A DNA stretch of 58,819 nucleotides, filler included, from Dirinaria sp. TL-2023a (Eukaryota), in assembly GCA_051941275.1 (NCBI GenBank). It is 7 parts of 7 records of this genome, joined end to end, with 100 filler letters (N's around TTAATTAATTAA, not from the genome) between each part and the next. Parts side by side here need not be neighbours in the genome. Positions count along the whole stretch, not along the records: positions 42,121 to 50,422 come from JAVEBF010001204.1; positions 50,523 to 58,819 come from JAVEBF010001205.1; 5 more parts are not named here. One strand, 5' to 3'. How positions within the stretch are numbered: position 1 is the stretch's first letter; each line of letters begins with the position of its first letter. The notes under the pieces are model-generated. The model searched no databases and was not told the DNA's origin. It saw only the letters and a list, made by a program, of their open reading frames with translations. Both the position numbers and the translations under genes were made by a program. Positions 48,642 to 58,819 of this stretch are shown here, in pieces.

Positions 48642-50168
48642 TCAGATCAAGCCATCCGGCTCAGCTGGTCCTGGAGGGGTTTCTACACCCCGACTAGAAG
48701 ACTGGTGTTCCTGCGTCGAGAGGACTACAATCATATCCTTTTCCTTGTGGAATGTGGGCGGGTAACGCTTGAGGACCACATCATCCAATTGTGGATGGCT
48801 ACTGTTGTTCCCACAGACTGCTGATAGCTTATCATAGGCCTTAATAAGGAGCGGCCGCAACAGCGGCAGATTAGCACAGAGCAAGGCCACTGCGGGTTCT
48901 GCAGTACTCCAACAACTGAAGCTTATCCCACGGCCATCTGTAGCAGCGTGTCATTTCAGCATATCGGATATAAAGTGAGGAGAACTCACTTGCGAACACA
49001 TTGACGTCTAGCAACACTGTTGCTCGTGCGACGCTGACCGCGACACCTCTAGAAGCCCATTATTCACCGACTTAGAAACTATGTTCAATGACTCACATTA
49101 AGCCGAGCGCAAACATCGCAGCAACGCCCACCTTTCTTCTAGAACTCAGATGCAGCATCCACACCATCCGCACCGGCAGCATCCAAATAGCAAGGTCCAG
49201 AAATACATTCAGAAACCCTCCTATCATGGGTGCCCTACTAGCTGCGCTATGAGTATCGCGACACGTGCGCGGATCGTGCAAAGCCCCATGACACTGCACT
49301 AGGAAACTTGTGGTCATCGCGACGAAGTAGGCGAGCGTGAGCGCTGTGCAAGACCACCATGCCACGCGGAACCATCCTCTGTCGAGGTTGAAGATGCGAC
49401 GGTAAAGCAATAAGACTGACAGACGGGCCAAAGTGATAAGCATGATGTAGTTGACTTGGCTTGCAATCTCCAGCTATGCAGCAAAGTCATCAACAAGATC
49501 CTGCCTAGATTACTACCGAAGGAAATCAGATTCGAATACATACCTGACCAAAGCTATTGATAACGCCTTTGTCAGGCGCTCCACCAGGGGGAATCATCCT
49601 CATATAGTGGGCCACTTCTGCATGTTAAATCTTCGGAACACCCACTGCCAGACAGACTTTGGAAGATAAGCATGCTTACCAAGGAACTGCTGTATGGATA
49701 AGGAGAGAAATGAGACCTGTACCAAGGCGATCAGTAAACGACCACTCGCGGGTTTTCCATACTAGCAAAGGTAGAGGTACGGACTAATGCCACAACTGCC
49801 ATCCAATCATCGGCTTCGAGCTTAACCCTCGTCATACTGCGCGCGCAGAATCGGCCTACCACTGCAGTGATGCATAACACTAAGAGCATACATGTCACGC
49901 CAATGACGATATCTGTACTTGTCTGGACGGCGCTCTCTGCGCCGCTTCCGGGCACATGGGCTGGATATCCATTAGGCAGTGGCTCGACTTGGGGAGAAGA
50001 TGTTGATGGTGCAGAAGCTGTAGTGGCTGCTAACGAAGTTAGAGTCGGCGATGTTTCTTGCAAAAGCAGACTTGACACTGCATATGCCGTAGCCAAAGCG
50101 GACGAGCTACCGCTAAACCCAGCAGTGCTGGTGACGCCTGGAAGCGGACCCTGAGGATACGCAGACAT
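48642..50168 (-). CDS. PTH11-like integral membrane protein (fungal rhodopsin-like domain)
   Basis: VVGRFCAR...KLEADDWMAVVAL, ARLSVLLLYRRIF, DLAIWMLPVRMVWML...RRKVGVAAMFALG, WSTAEPAVALLCANLPLLRPL; several introns; no CFEM domain seen. Confidence 0.88.
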
Positions 50169-50422
50169 GCTTCAAGCAGAGGCCTTCAGGTTGTAAAGAG
50201 TATATCACTGACAGCTCTAGCAAAGGCTATGAGAAGCGAAAGCCACAGCACCGAGGCCCCTCCCCTCTCGACTGGCTAATGCGAGATATAAAATATTGTC
50301 TCTTAATGCCCGCCTTGTGACATGTTTCCCGCCATGCCAAACACAGCCTTGGGGCCAGCACCATGGCGGCCGCGGATGCAGTTCCCCGTAGGTGCGTGTG
50401 TGGATGTGTGGGTATGGGTGGG

Positions 50423-50522
50423 NNNNNNNNNNNNNNNNNNNNNNNNNNNNNNNNNNNNNNNNNNNNTTAATTAATTAANNNNNNNNNNNNNNNNNNNNNN
50501 NNNNNNNNNNNNNNNNNNNNNN
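50423..50522. other. Artificial contig spacer
   Basis: N44-TTAATTAATTAA-N44. Confidence 0.99.
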
Positions 50523-50727
50523 CCCCTGGCACGTTCAGATCCCTTGCAACATTACATCCCATGCAAACGCGCATGCATGCACTCAAGGGGGTTTTTTAAT
50601 CTTTAATTTTTTTTTTTTCCTTTCGGAACACCAGACCGAAACTCTCTCTTTTCTATATACAATCTTCGTTCAAAACCCCCCTCTCCTGCCCTGCCGGAGA
50701 AAAGAAAAGGAAAAAGGGATAGATAGC

Positions 50728-53490
50728 ATGGGCCATACATTCTGCTCGCCGCCCGATCCTTGTTTATCGTCCTCTAACGACGCGACCGCCGCCCAAACGG
50801 CGCCGACACTGACTTGTAGTGGTTCCTCTCCTCCTGCTCCGCCGCCTCCTCAGAACGCGCCAGCAGCAGCAGCAGCGACGACAACAACGAAACGCAAAGC
50901 TCGGATCTCGGGCTACGTGCAAAGCAAGCCTCCTGGGCCGGCTGCACAGCAAGCGCAAGCAAGAGGAAGCGGGGAGAAGAAAACCCTGACCAGCTCGAAC
51001 CAGGACTTTGAAGATTTCGTGCGCCGGAAGAAATCCGCCGCGGTGGAGGAGTACTGGGACAGCGAGCAAGTGAACCGGGTGTGTGATTTGGTGCGGGAAA
51101 CGCCTCCTAAAGAAGTGGCTGGTTCGTCGCCGCAGCGAAGGCGGCGGAGAAAAAGGATCCTTGAGAGGCTTAGCCTGACACCGACAACGACGGCGGCGAC
51201 GGCGACGGCGGCGGGGGGAGGAGGAAGTTTGTCTTCTTCCACACACCGGCATCTGAAGCAGATGTTGTTACTGCGGCGATCGTCGTCGTCATCGGCGGCG
51301 GCGACTGCTGTGAGGCATGATGCTTTGAAAGACGCCGTCGCCCTGCAGACCACGTCGGACGGCAAGACTTTTTTTAAAATTGCTGCGAACAGCGCGATGG
51401 GTTCGTATGGACGTGGCGATCCGGCGCAATTTTACGGGCAGGGATATGCCCCCGTGGAAGTGGGTCATGGAGAAACATTTCGTGGCGGCGGGGACGGCGG
51501 CGGCAACCCGTCCGTCTACCGGGTTAATGAATGTCGAGAGGTTATTGCCCAGGTCAGCACCGATGGAAAGGAGAACGATGAACAGCGGCGAAAGCTGGGC
51601 AGGACCGAGAACAGTGGGGAAGAGCAGAGCCGACTGGAAGTGCCAGCGGAGAGTCGGAGGCCCCTTCTGCCTCCAATTTCATCTCTGGATAATAATGAGC
51701 TGGACTACTTTGATATAGCAGAGGAATACCTACGCCACAGCGCCGAGCATGATGACCAAACTGGTGCCCAGGATACTATACAATCGGGTGTCGCGTCAGC
51801 ACAGCGTCCCAATGCCCTTGCACCCTACGACCGCACTGCTCGGAATCCTAGCAGTGTGAGCTTCCCGAGACATGACAGTAATAGTAAGGCTACCGTGAGA
51901 CAGCGTGATTCCAGGAGGACTTTCATACCCTTGGGTCCTAGTCCGAGAAAAAGGCAGACCCACCGATCGCCCATTCGTGCCATGAAACATTCTTCTACAA
52001 CCTCCTCTAAGGCACTGAGTCCAAGTGCTACCGCGACGAGTCCACGCTCGTTGCAAAATAGGTCTCAGCCATATCCTCCTAAGACTCCGAGAAGCTCCAG
52101 TGAAGAAGCGAAACGATCGACCTTATCTTCTCCAAAATTGTACAGCCGGCCTCAAGCGTCGCCTGTGCATTCAAATAGCGAGTCTGTTGCCGAGGACGGT
52201 CAGTCCGAAGCTTCCGTTGGCATGGCACAAAGCGTAGAAGTTGTACGTCCATGCTTCTATAGCGCTAGTTCACACAAGTTTCCCAGGCCAGGGCCAGCGC
52301 CAACAGGAGCACTACCATCGCTGCCTGAGGGTCATGATTCCAAAACGTCAATTGTTTTGTTACCCTCGGTAGATGCAGAGACAGCAAGGGCAACACAAAG
52401 CCCTCGACAGTCTCCTGCCCGTTTCCCAGCCAGGTCTTTAGCAAAAGATCATCGGTACAAGCCTTCGGAGAGCGAGTTGAACGACAACGCAGGACAGCTG
52501 GTGAAAACTAGGCCGAAGTCACAAGCAAAGCAGCAGATATCTCAATCGCATCCAGCAGGGCAATCCGAAACACCGAACTTTGAAAGGCTTCATGAAAACG
52601 GTTCCCCGGCCCAGATCCACACGCAACCACAGGCGTTGAGTCGACAAGATTGGAGAGAAGAGCGCGCACGTTCTAGGAAAGAATTGAAAATGCGCCATTT
52701 AGATCGCCTTCGAGCTCAGCATGATTCTAGAGGTGCGGTGGATAGCCCAGTAACAGCATGGGCTCCAGTAGATGCAATCGGACATGATACTCAGGAATCG
52801 AAGATGAGGCAGTCGTATAGCTCGCCGGCACTGTTGGCCTCACGCCAGCCTGAGGTAGATAAAACGCCCGAGCAGGCAGCCACAGTGGATCACGACTCGG
52901 CTCGGCCGACCAGCGCCCTCTCCCCTATACTTGTGGTAGCTGAACAAGCACCTACCAGCATTGTCCAGTTTCCACCACAATCAAGCAAAGATGATTTGAA
53001 GGCCAAGAGGACGAGAAAGAAGCATCATACTCAGAAGTCAACTTATTCGAGTACAACCGCAGCTTCACCAGACCGAGATAGCCTCCCACTTCCTTCCTCA
53101 GATGACGAGACGGCTTACCGATCGCGCAGTAATGGCACGTTGAGGGGTTCTTCTGCTCGCCGATCCCATGCGCAAACATCCAGCACCCATCGGTCATCTG
53201 CTGTACCATTGCAAGAGCTCGAATCGCGCATTTCTGACCTTGAGAAGAAGAACGCTATGCTACTGAATGCTTTGATTGCTGTCATCAACACTTCTGCGGG
53301 ATTTTCTGCTAGATGTGATCGATCGAGCATGTTTAGTGAGCAGACAACTAGCCGCGCCAGCGGGCAGCGGTCGAGCGGACAGACATCGAGCGGACAAAGC
53401 GGACATAGAAATGGAGGGACGGACGTGGTGGGTGGCAAGTGTGCGACCGAAAGTGTGCTGATGCAGGGAGGTGGAGCTGGTAGGGCATGA
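50728..53490 (+). CDS. Large S/P/R-rich disordered hypothetical protein with a C-terminal coiled coil
   Basis: 920-aa uninterrupted ORF; PGPAPTGALPSLP and LESRISDLEKKNAMLLNALIAVI segments. Confidence 0.7.
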   Translation: MGHTFCSPPDPCLSSSNDATAAQTAPTLTCSGSSPPAPPPPQNAPAAAAATTTTKRKARISGYVQSKPPGPAAQQAQARGSGEKKTLTSSNQDFEDFVRRKKSAAVEEYWDSEQVNRVCDLVRETPPKEVAGSSPQRRRRRKRILERLSLTPTTTAATATAAGGGGSLSSSTHRHLKQMLLLRRSSSSSAAATAVRHDALKDAVALQTTSDGKTFFKIAANSAMGSYGRGDPAQFYGQGYAPVEVGHGETFRGGGDGGGNPSVYRVNECREVIAQVSTDGKENDEQRRKLGRTENSGEEQSRLEVPAESRRPLLPPISSLDNNELDYFDIAEEYLRHSAEHDDQTGAQDTIQSGVASAQRPNALAPYDRTARNPSSVSFPRHDSNSKATVRQRDSRRTFIPLGPSPRKRQTHRSPIRAMKHSSTTSSKALSPSATATSPRSLQNRSQPYPPKTPRSSSEEAKRSTLSSPKLYSRPQASPVHSNSESVAEDGQSEASVGMAQSVEVVRPCFYSASSHKFPRPGPAPTGALPSLPEGHDSKTSIVLLPSVDAETARATQSPRQSPARFPARSLAKDHRYKPSESELNDNAGQLVKTRPKSQAKQQISQSHPAGQSETPNFERLHENGSPAQIHTQPQALSRQDWREERARSRKELKMRHLDRLRAQHDSRGAVDSPVTAWAPVDAIGHDTQESKMRQSYSSPALLASRQPEVDKTPEQAATVDHDSARPTSALSPILVVAEQAPTSIVQFPPQSSKDDLKAKRTRKKHHTQKSTYSSTTAASPDRDSLPLPSSDDETAYRSRSNGTLRGSSARRSHAQTSSTHRSSAVPLQELESRISDLEKKNAMLLNALIAVINTSAGFSARCDRSSMFSEQTTSRASGQRSSGQTSSGQSGHRNGGTDVVGGKCATESVLMQGGGAGRA

Positions 53491-53983
53491 TGCGATGGAC
53501 AACCTTGTTGACTGGATTCAGCCGCATATGACAGACAGCACTTTCGATTGATTGCGAAGCAGACGAGGAAAGTCGGCTCGAGGATATAGAGGTTGTAGTC
53601 GTTCTACTGTTGCCTCTTTTCCGGGACTCAATATCACATCTATTAGGAATCGCCATACTCCTCTGCGTAGTGGTGCTTTGCCTTTCATTGAGAAATTACA
53701 GCCTTCAGCCTGTATCCCTTCTTTTTCTTCGTGTGCTTAGGTTCCGTAATGAACTCCTGGACTCTTTGGGAAAAACCACGAAGCTGTCTCAGTCCGCAAA
53801 GCCATAGATATCCCTAGATTCTGCAATGAGTGGCCTGAGGACCATTGAGGACCTCAGCCACACCCAGTTCCAATGGCAGGATGCTGTCGAGTCGGCATCT
53901 CAGTAAAACTTCCCACTCCATTGAGGAAGGCACACTTCTTCATCTTATTTCACTTACAAATAGCCGTTAAGCTTGCTCTTCTT

Positions 53984-54871
53984 TTAAGGTGGGATCTCCT
54001 TGCCTTGCCAGTCCCAGCATCGACCTCGGCCTTCCAGACCGACATCCTTGACCACATCCAGCAGCCTCTCCGCCGCGAATTCGGGGCTAAAAAGCTTTTC
54101 CTCTTTCACATTGCCCCAGAACTCGGCGCTCAAATCCGTCTTGACGGTGCCGGGATGCATGCTGATGCAAAACGCCTTCTCGCCGGCCTTTTGCTGCAGG
54201 TAAATATCGATGCTTTTGGCGATCGAGTTCACGGCAGACTTGGAGGCACGGTAAGAGTACCATCCACCCAAACGATTATCCGAAATGGAACCCACGCGGG
54301 CAGACATCAGCGCCAGGACGGCAGAAGTGGGTAATGCATCGCTTTGCTCATTGAGAAGAGGCGAAGGGGTTGAGCGGGTAGGCATCAAGGGGGAGAAATG
54401 CTTCGCGAGCAGAAGAGGACCGAGTGCATTGATGCGGAACGTGCTCAAAGCGTCCGTGGCCGAGATCTGGGCCGGCGACTTTTCGGGATGGAGGATGCCA
54501 GGGATCAGAAATGCGAGGTGTAGGTGTGTGGAATTGTATCTGGTCTTGCAATGGGAAGCGGCGACGGAGATGGTCTCTTCCTCTGTACGTAGAGCGTTGT
54601 TGATTGATCAGCAAAGGTTTGCAATGCCCAACTCGTGAGGGCATGTGATATGTTTCGCTAGATGGGGATAGGTACCTGTGACATCAATCTTCAGAACTTC
54701 AACTCTGTCCTCGTCCACGCCGAGACCCTCGAGGATCCGAGCTTTGGTTTCCTCTAAACCAGACCTCGCCGATGCTACGATGGGCAAATTCGTCACTTTG
54801 AGAAGGCGTCTGGCAAGTTGAAGACCGATGCCTCGAGACGCGGGAGATACGAGAATCCATGGCATGGCCAT
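53984..54871 (-). CDS. Short-chain dehydrogenase/reductase (C-factor/CsgA-like)
   Basis: ILVSPASRGIG, PGILHPEKSP, SARVGSISDNRLGGWYSYRASK, MHPGTVKTDLS, CWDWQGKEIP; one intron. Confidence 0.9.
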
Positions 54872-55330
54872 CACTCATGTCGTGCCGGCAAGAAATGGGC
54901 TGCCATCGACATTGAGCAGTCCTCATCATTGGCGCCAGACTCAACAATGGCGGACGGAATCATGAATGTCTGAGGGCGCCTCACTCGGTAGCCCGTGCCG
55001 GATGTAGTTCCATTACTATCGGCTATCCTTGCCCTGTAAGAGATCGTGGAAGCAGCATTACTTTAGGGTCGAGGGGGTACACATGTATTAGCTTGGATTG
55101 CCTTCATGGTACATATTAAACCTGATCACAGCGGAGTGCAAGGCAAGCAAGTGTTCAATAGCTTTCTCCAGGAGCTACCATCCGGTAGAGAGTCGATATA
55201 TAATTTTTCTGAAATGAGTAGAATTGTCTGCCCCTTGTTTTCGTAATAATGCACCCCAGCCCCGGTATATTGTCAAGATTACACCACGCTATGCTGCTCG
55301 ACACTGAATACTGTGTGGTGTTTGAATCGA

Positions 55331-57133
55331 TCAACCCCGTACCCTTTCTCTCCGATGGTAGTCCGAAGGATGCATCCCCCTTCCCTCGACAATTCTTGCC
55401 CTTTCCTTGTAATCTCTCCAGGCCGCATATTTTGCCTCTCTCGCTCTCTTCGATCTCTCCAGCCTCTCCCACCTCGATTCTCCTGGCAGGGGCGGCAAAG
55501 CACCGACGTCTCGCCAACTCCCACGGCTCGCATGACCTTGCTCTCCCCACATGCTCACTCTTTGTACTTTACGTAGTTTAGTCAAGCCGTAAGCGCACAC
55601 GATGGCCGCAAACACGAATGACCAGGTACTGACCCCAATGAAGCCCAGGTTAGACTCCTCGATGAAATTTTTGAGGTTCATCCCATAAAGACTTGCAATG
55701 AAAGCGCCGGATCCGATGCCCAGCGTGCCGATGCTAAATTTGAGATCTAGCAGCATCAAGGAATTGCGATTGGCGTCAAGGATGGCTTTTACTCTATTTC
55801 TTTTAGCAAGCGCAACGGTCCGAAGCATTCCATGTACTTACATCTCCTCGGTATTGCGAATATTACTGACAAGATTGCCGCTGACCTGAACAATCTCATC
55901 ACAGACTTTGTGATATGATTCCAACAGCATCTCGACTTCTGTGTGGTCGTCCTCTTCGCGAGTCTTGCCTTGTGCTCGCTCGCTCAAGTACATTGACACG
56001 AGGTCATCGTCCGCATCCAGGATGTCGTCAATGGCGTCACGCACAAGCCTAGCCTTCTGTTCGAATGTTCCTAGCTTCTTGGAATAGATCAACAGATGGC
56101 GCAACTTGTCTCTGTCGATATCTTCCTCCAACTCCCTCAACACTCTAACGACTGGCTCGGAAACCCCTTCGAATTCCGTTTCAAGTCCTGTCGTTACACT
56201 GATGAGGACGGCTTCCAGGGCACGGAACTCGTAGGGTAGACCTCCGGCTTGCCGTGAATTGTCTTTCTGTGCTAGCTTGCCTGACAAATCGTACATGAAC
56301 ACCGATTGGGTGTATGAGTCCGTTGTGCCGTAAGCGTCTAGGACAAGTACGCGGTCATATTTGATCAGGACTCGTAGATGTAGTAGGTTGATGAGAATGG
56401 CTGAAGGGCGGACGAGTATATGCGGTAGCAGGGAGGAGTCGATTTTCCTGAGATCGCGGGGGAGCAATCCATACTAGAAGGCGTTTTGTCAGATGGAAGC
56501 AAGCACTCATGATTTGAAGTCTACCTTGGCGATTAACTCGGTCTTCTTAAATTCTCCATTGACTAGCGTGACCTTTCCGTCTTCATTGAACTCAGTGCAG
56601 CGCAGCTTCAATTCGTTCGTTCCCTTTGCTGCTTTACTGCGACCAAGGGCAGTCCCTGCAACATCATCCAAGAAGCTAGGCAGTGGATGAGCTTCATCTG
56701 ACTTGGCATCAACTGCTTGCTTTCGTCGCCCGAGGATATGTTTCAAAAACGGTCTGGAATCTGTAGATGCATAACGCGGCACGGCCGATTTGTTCTTATT
56801 TTCACTAGGAATGCATGGCCATAGTCTATTGAAGGACGCAGGTATGACTTGGCTGGGCGAGACATCTCTCGTGTATGCGTTTTTGAGAGCATCAAGACCG
56901 AAAATGGAGCTCTGAACGACGGCTTTTGGATGGAAGGTCGTATTCAAATGTCTTCGAGAAGGAGGCAAGAGATTGAGTGACCTTCGTGACAAGGTACGAC
57001 GAGGATGCTGGGATATAGTGGCCCTAGAATTGGTGGTGAAAAAGCATACGTCCTCGTTCAGAGCACTTAAAAAACGTAATAGAGATGTTGACGGCGCGAT
57101 CACATTATGATTCGGAGCACGTCTCATCACCAT
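55331..57133 (-). CDS. MRS2: Mitochondrial CorA-family Mg2+ transporter Mrs2/Lpe10
   Basis: Presequence-like N-terminus, LRCTEF, LLPRDLRKID, LPYEFRALE, LDANRNSLM, LYGMNL (GMN motif), two TMs; two introns. Confidence 0.92.
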
Positions 57134-57513
57134 GTCCAGCGCTCTGGTGGAGTTCGGTCAAGGAACAATTGGAACAATTGGAACATGAAAAAGTCAAGGG
57201 TTTACCTCGGCCTGCGTCTGACGCTACCTAGATTCGCTTAGGTAATCAGCCTACCACCACCAGAGCAGCACCACTGTCTCAAGTATAACGGGAAAAGTAA
57301 AGTACTGTACTCTACATCCAAAGTTGCACAGATGCCTTATAACTACGGCCTTCCACAATTGACTAGTCTGTCATTCTTTACCTCCATCGTTAGCATCTTC
57401 CCAATCGCCTTAGCTCTGGTCCAGTTCTTCCCTCTTCAACAGGTTTCTCTACTCTTCCGAACGTTCCTTTCCGGGTTTCAAAATAGCAATATCCAGTACG
57501 CATCATCCAGGAG

Positions 57514-58819
57514 ATGCCTTCTGTGCTCTCGGAAAGCGACAAGGAGACGGTCAAAAGGACTGTACCAAAACCCGCCAACAAGATACACGCCGTTGCTGTC
57601 GCGCGGCTCTACATAGCTCACCCGAATAGGCAACGATGGAATTATACAGGCATACAAGGCGCCGCGGTGCTGGCAAACGATCTCGTTGGAAATACATATT
57701 GGATCAAGCTTGTAGACATATCAGTAAGTAAGCTTTGTCGGTATACAGTCGGCGATCCATTAACAGAGATCAGGGTGCCAACCGTGGAGTCATCTGGGAC
57801 CAAGAGATCTATGACCCGTTCTACTACAATCAGGACAGAACCTTCTTCCACTCCTTTGAGCTTGAAGATTGCCTCGCTGGATTTTCCTTTGTAGATGAGA
57901 AGGAAGCCAAGAAATTCAAGCAAAAGATGGACGATCGAGAGAAAAATGCCAGCAAAAGCACCAAAACAACCCCTTTTCAAGGCGCAGGTTTACAGCCTAC
58001 GGGAACTCTGACCAACGGAAAACCCCATCATAGTAGGTTTGGAGGCCTTGGGAGCTTACTGCACGGACAACGGTCCTCTTCCGCCCCGCATGTCCCTCAG
58101 CCACCCATGCCCCCGCCGCCACAGGCGCAGTCTGCAGTACCATTGCAAGAACAGAGAAGTCTGGCTCCACCGAGTCCAAGGCGAGACAGAGGGTCGTCGC
58201 TTGACGGGGTTGATCCGTCATGGCGAAGTTTATTGGGTGAGCTTCTGGATATGGGCATTACCGAGGACCAAATCGAGCAGAACTCGGATTTCATCAAGCA
58301 ATATATTGAAGCGAAGAAAGCCAATTCAGGGTCTGATACGGTGGCCGATGAAGCTATGTATGAAAGATCTACTGAGCGGCGACAAAAGGCGCCCCCTCCG
58401 CCGCCACCGTCTGCCCCGCCTAGCAAGATGGCGTCGATCAGCCCTCAAAACACTGGCAATACAGTGTCTTCGAAGAGAGGTCCCCCTCCTGCGCTTCCCC
58501 CATCGCGAAGAGCGCGTCCAGATAGTCAGCACACGATCATCGCGCCTGAACGTCAAAGTTCACCTCCAGCAGCGCTGGAGAGGACTCCGTCACCGCCTCG
58601 TCCGAAGTTCAAAGCACCGCCTCCGCTGGCAGATGCTGGGAAATATGCGCATACAGCAGCGCCTCCGCTCCCAGGTAGACAGCGAGCAAGCTCCAACCTT
58701 ACCAATCCAGGTCCTGCGCCGCCACCACGTCCCCCAAAGACGCCCATGGAAGAAGAAGTGGAAGTGAAGCCCAAATTCGGCGTGCCACCTCCGTTCCAAG
58801 GCGAGCGACACCAGTCTTC
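57514..58819 (+). CDS. LAS17: WASP homologue Las17/Wsp1, truncated at the window end
   Basis: WH1 domain (KETVKRTVPKPANKIHAVAVARLYIA, IWDQEIY...YNQDRTFFHSFE), LLDMGITEDQI, polyproline tracts; intron ~57724-57773. Confidence 0.93.

Noticed and set aside
58039..58767. 242-aa ORF overlapping LAS17
   Set aside because: Alternative frame of the Pro-rich LAS17 exon; non-ATG start and no independent evidence.

Overview
Filamentous ascomycete (Pezizomycotina) DNA with short GT-AG introns and CTRAC branch points. The window is not one locus. It is seven contigs of steadily decreasing length (8334, 8331, 8329, 8322, 8304, 8302, 8297 bp) joined by artificial 100-bp N44-TTAATTAATTAA-N44 spacers, so adjacency across spacers means nothing. 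Contigs 2-7 mostly carry conserved genes: Zn2Cys6 factor, NUP49, FIP1, PCF11, I9 inhibitor, Hook, amino-acid permease, SF3B1, VPS62, TFIIIC-subunit-like protein, methyltransferase, quinone oxidoreductase, RAD10, aldo-keto reductase, PTH11-like receptor, SDR, MRS2 and LAS17. Contig 1 is accessory and transposon-rich. It holds a tyrosine-recombinase fragment, an SRPK-like kinase pseudogene, an unannotated spliced 95-aa gene, a Copia remnant and an intact AIG1-like GTPase ending in a CaaX box. Three signals stand out: (i) RIP-like C>T decay in contig 1 that appears to favour CpC rather than the canonical CpA; (ii) a degenerate bacterial IS6 transposase fragment fused to the 3' end of FIP1 at a contig end (chimera or HGT); (iii) the CaaX GTPase and small orphan gene lying intact among decayed mobile DNA. 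All family calls rest on motif recognition by eye; no searches were run.
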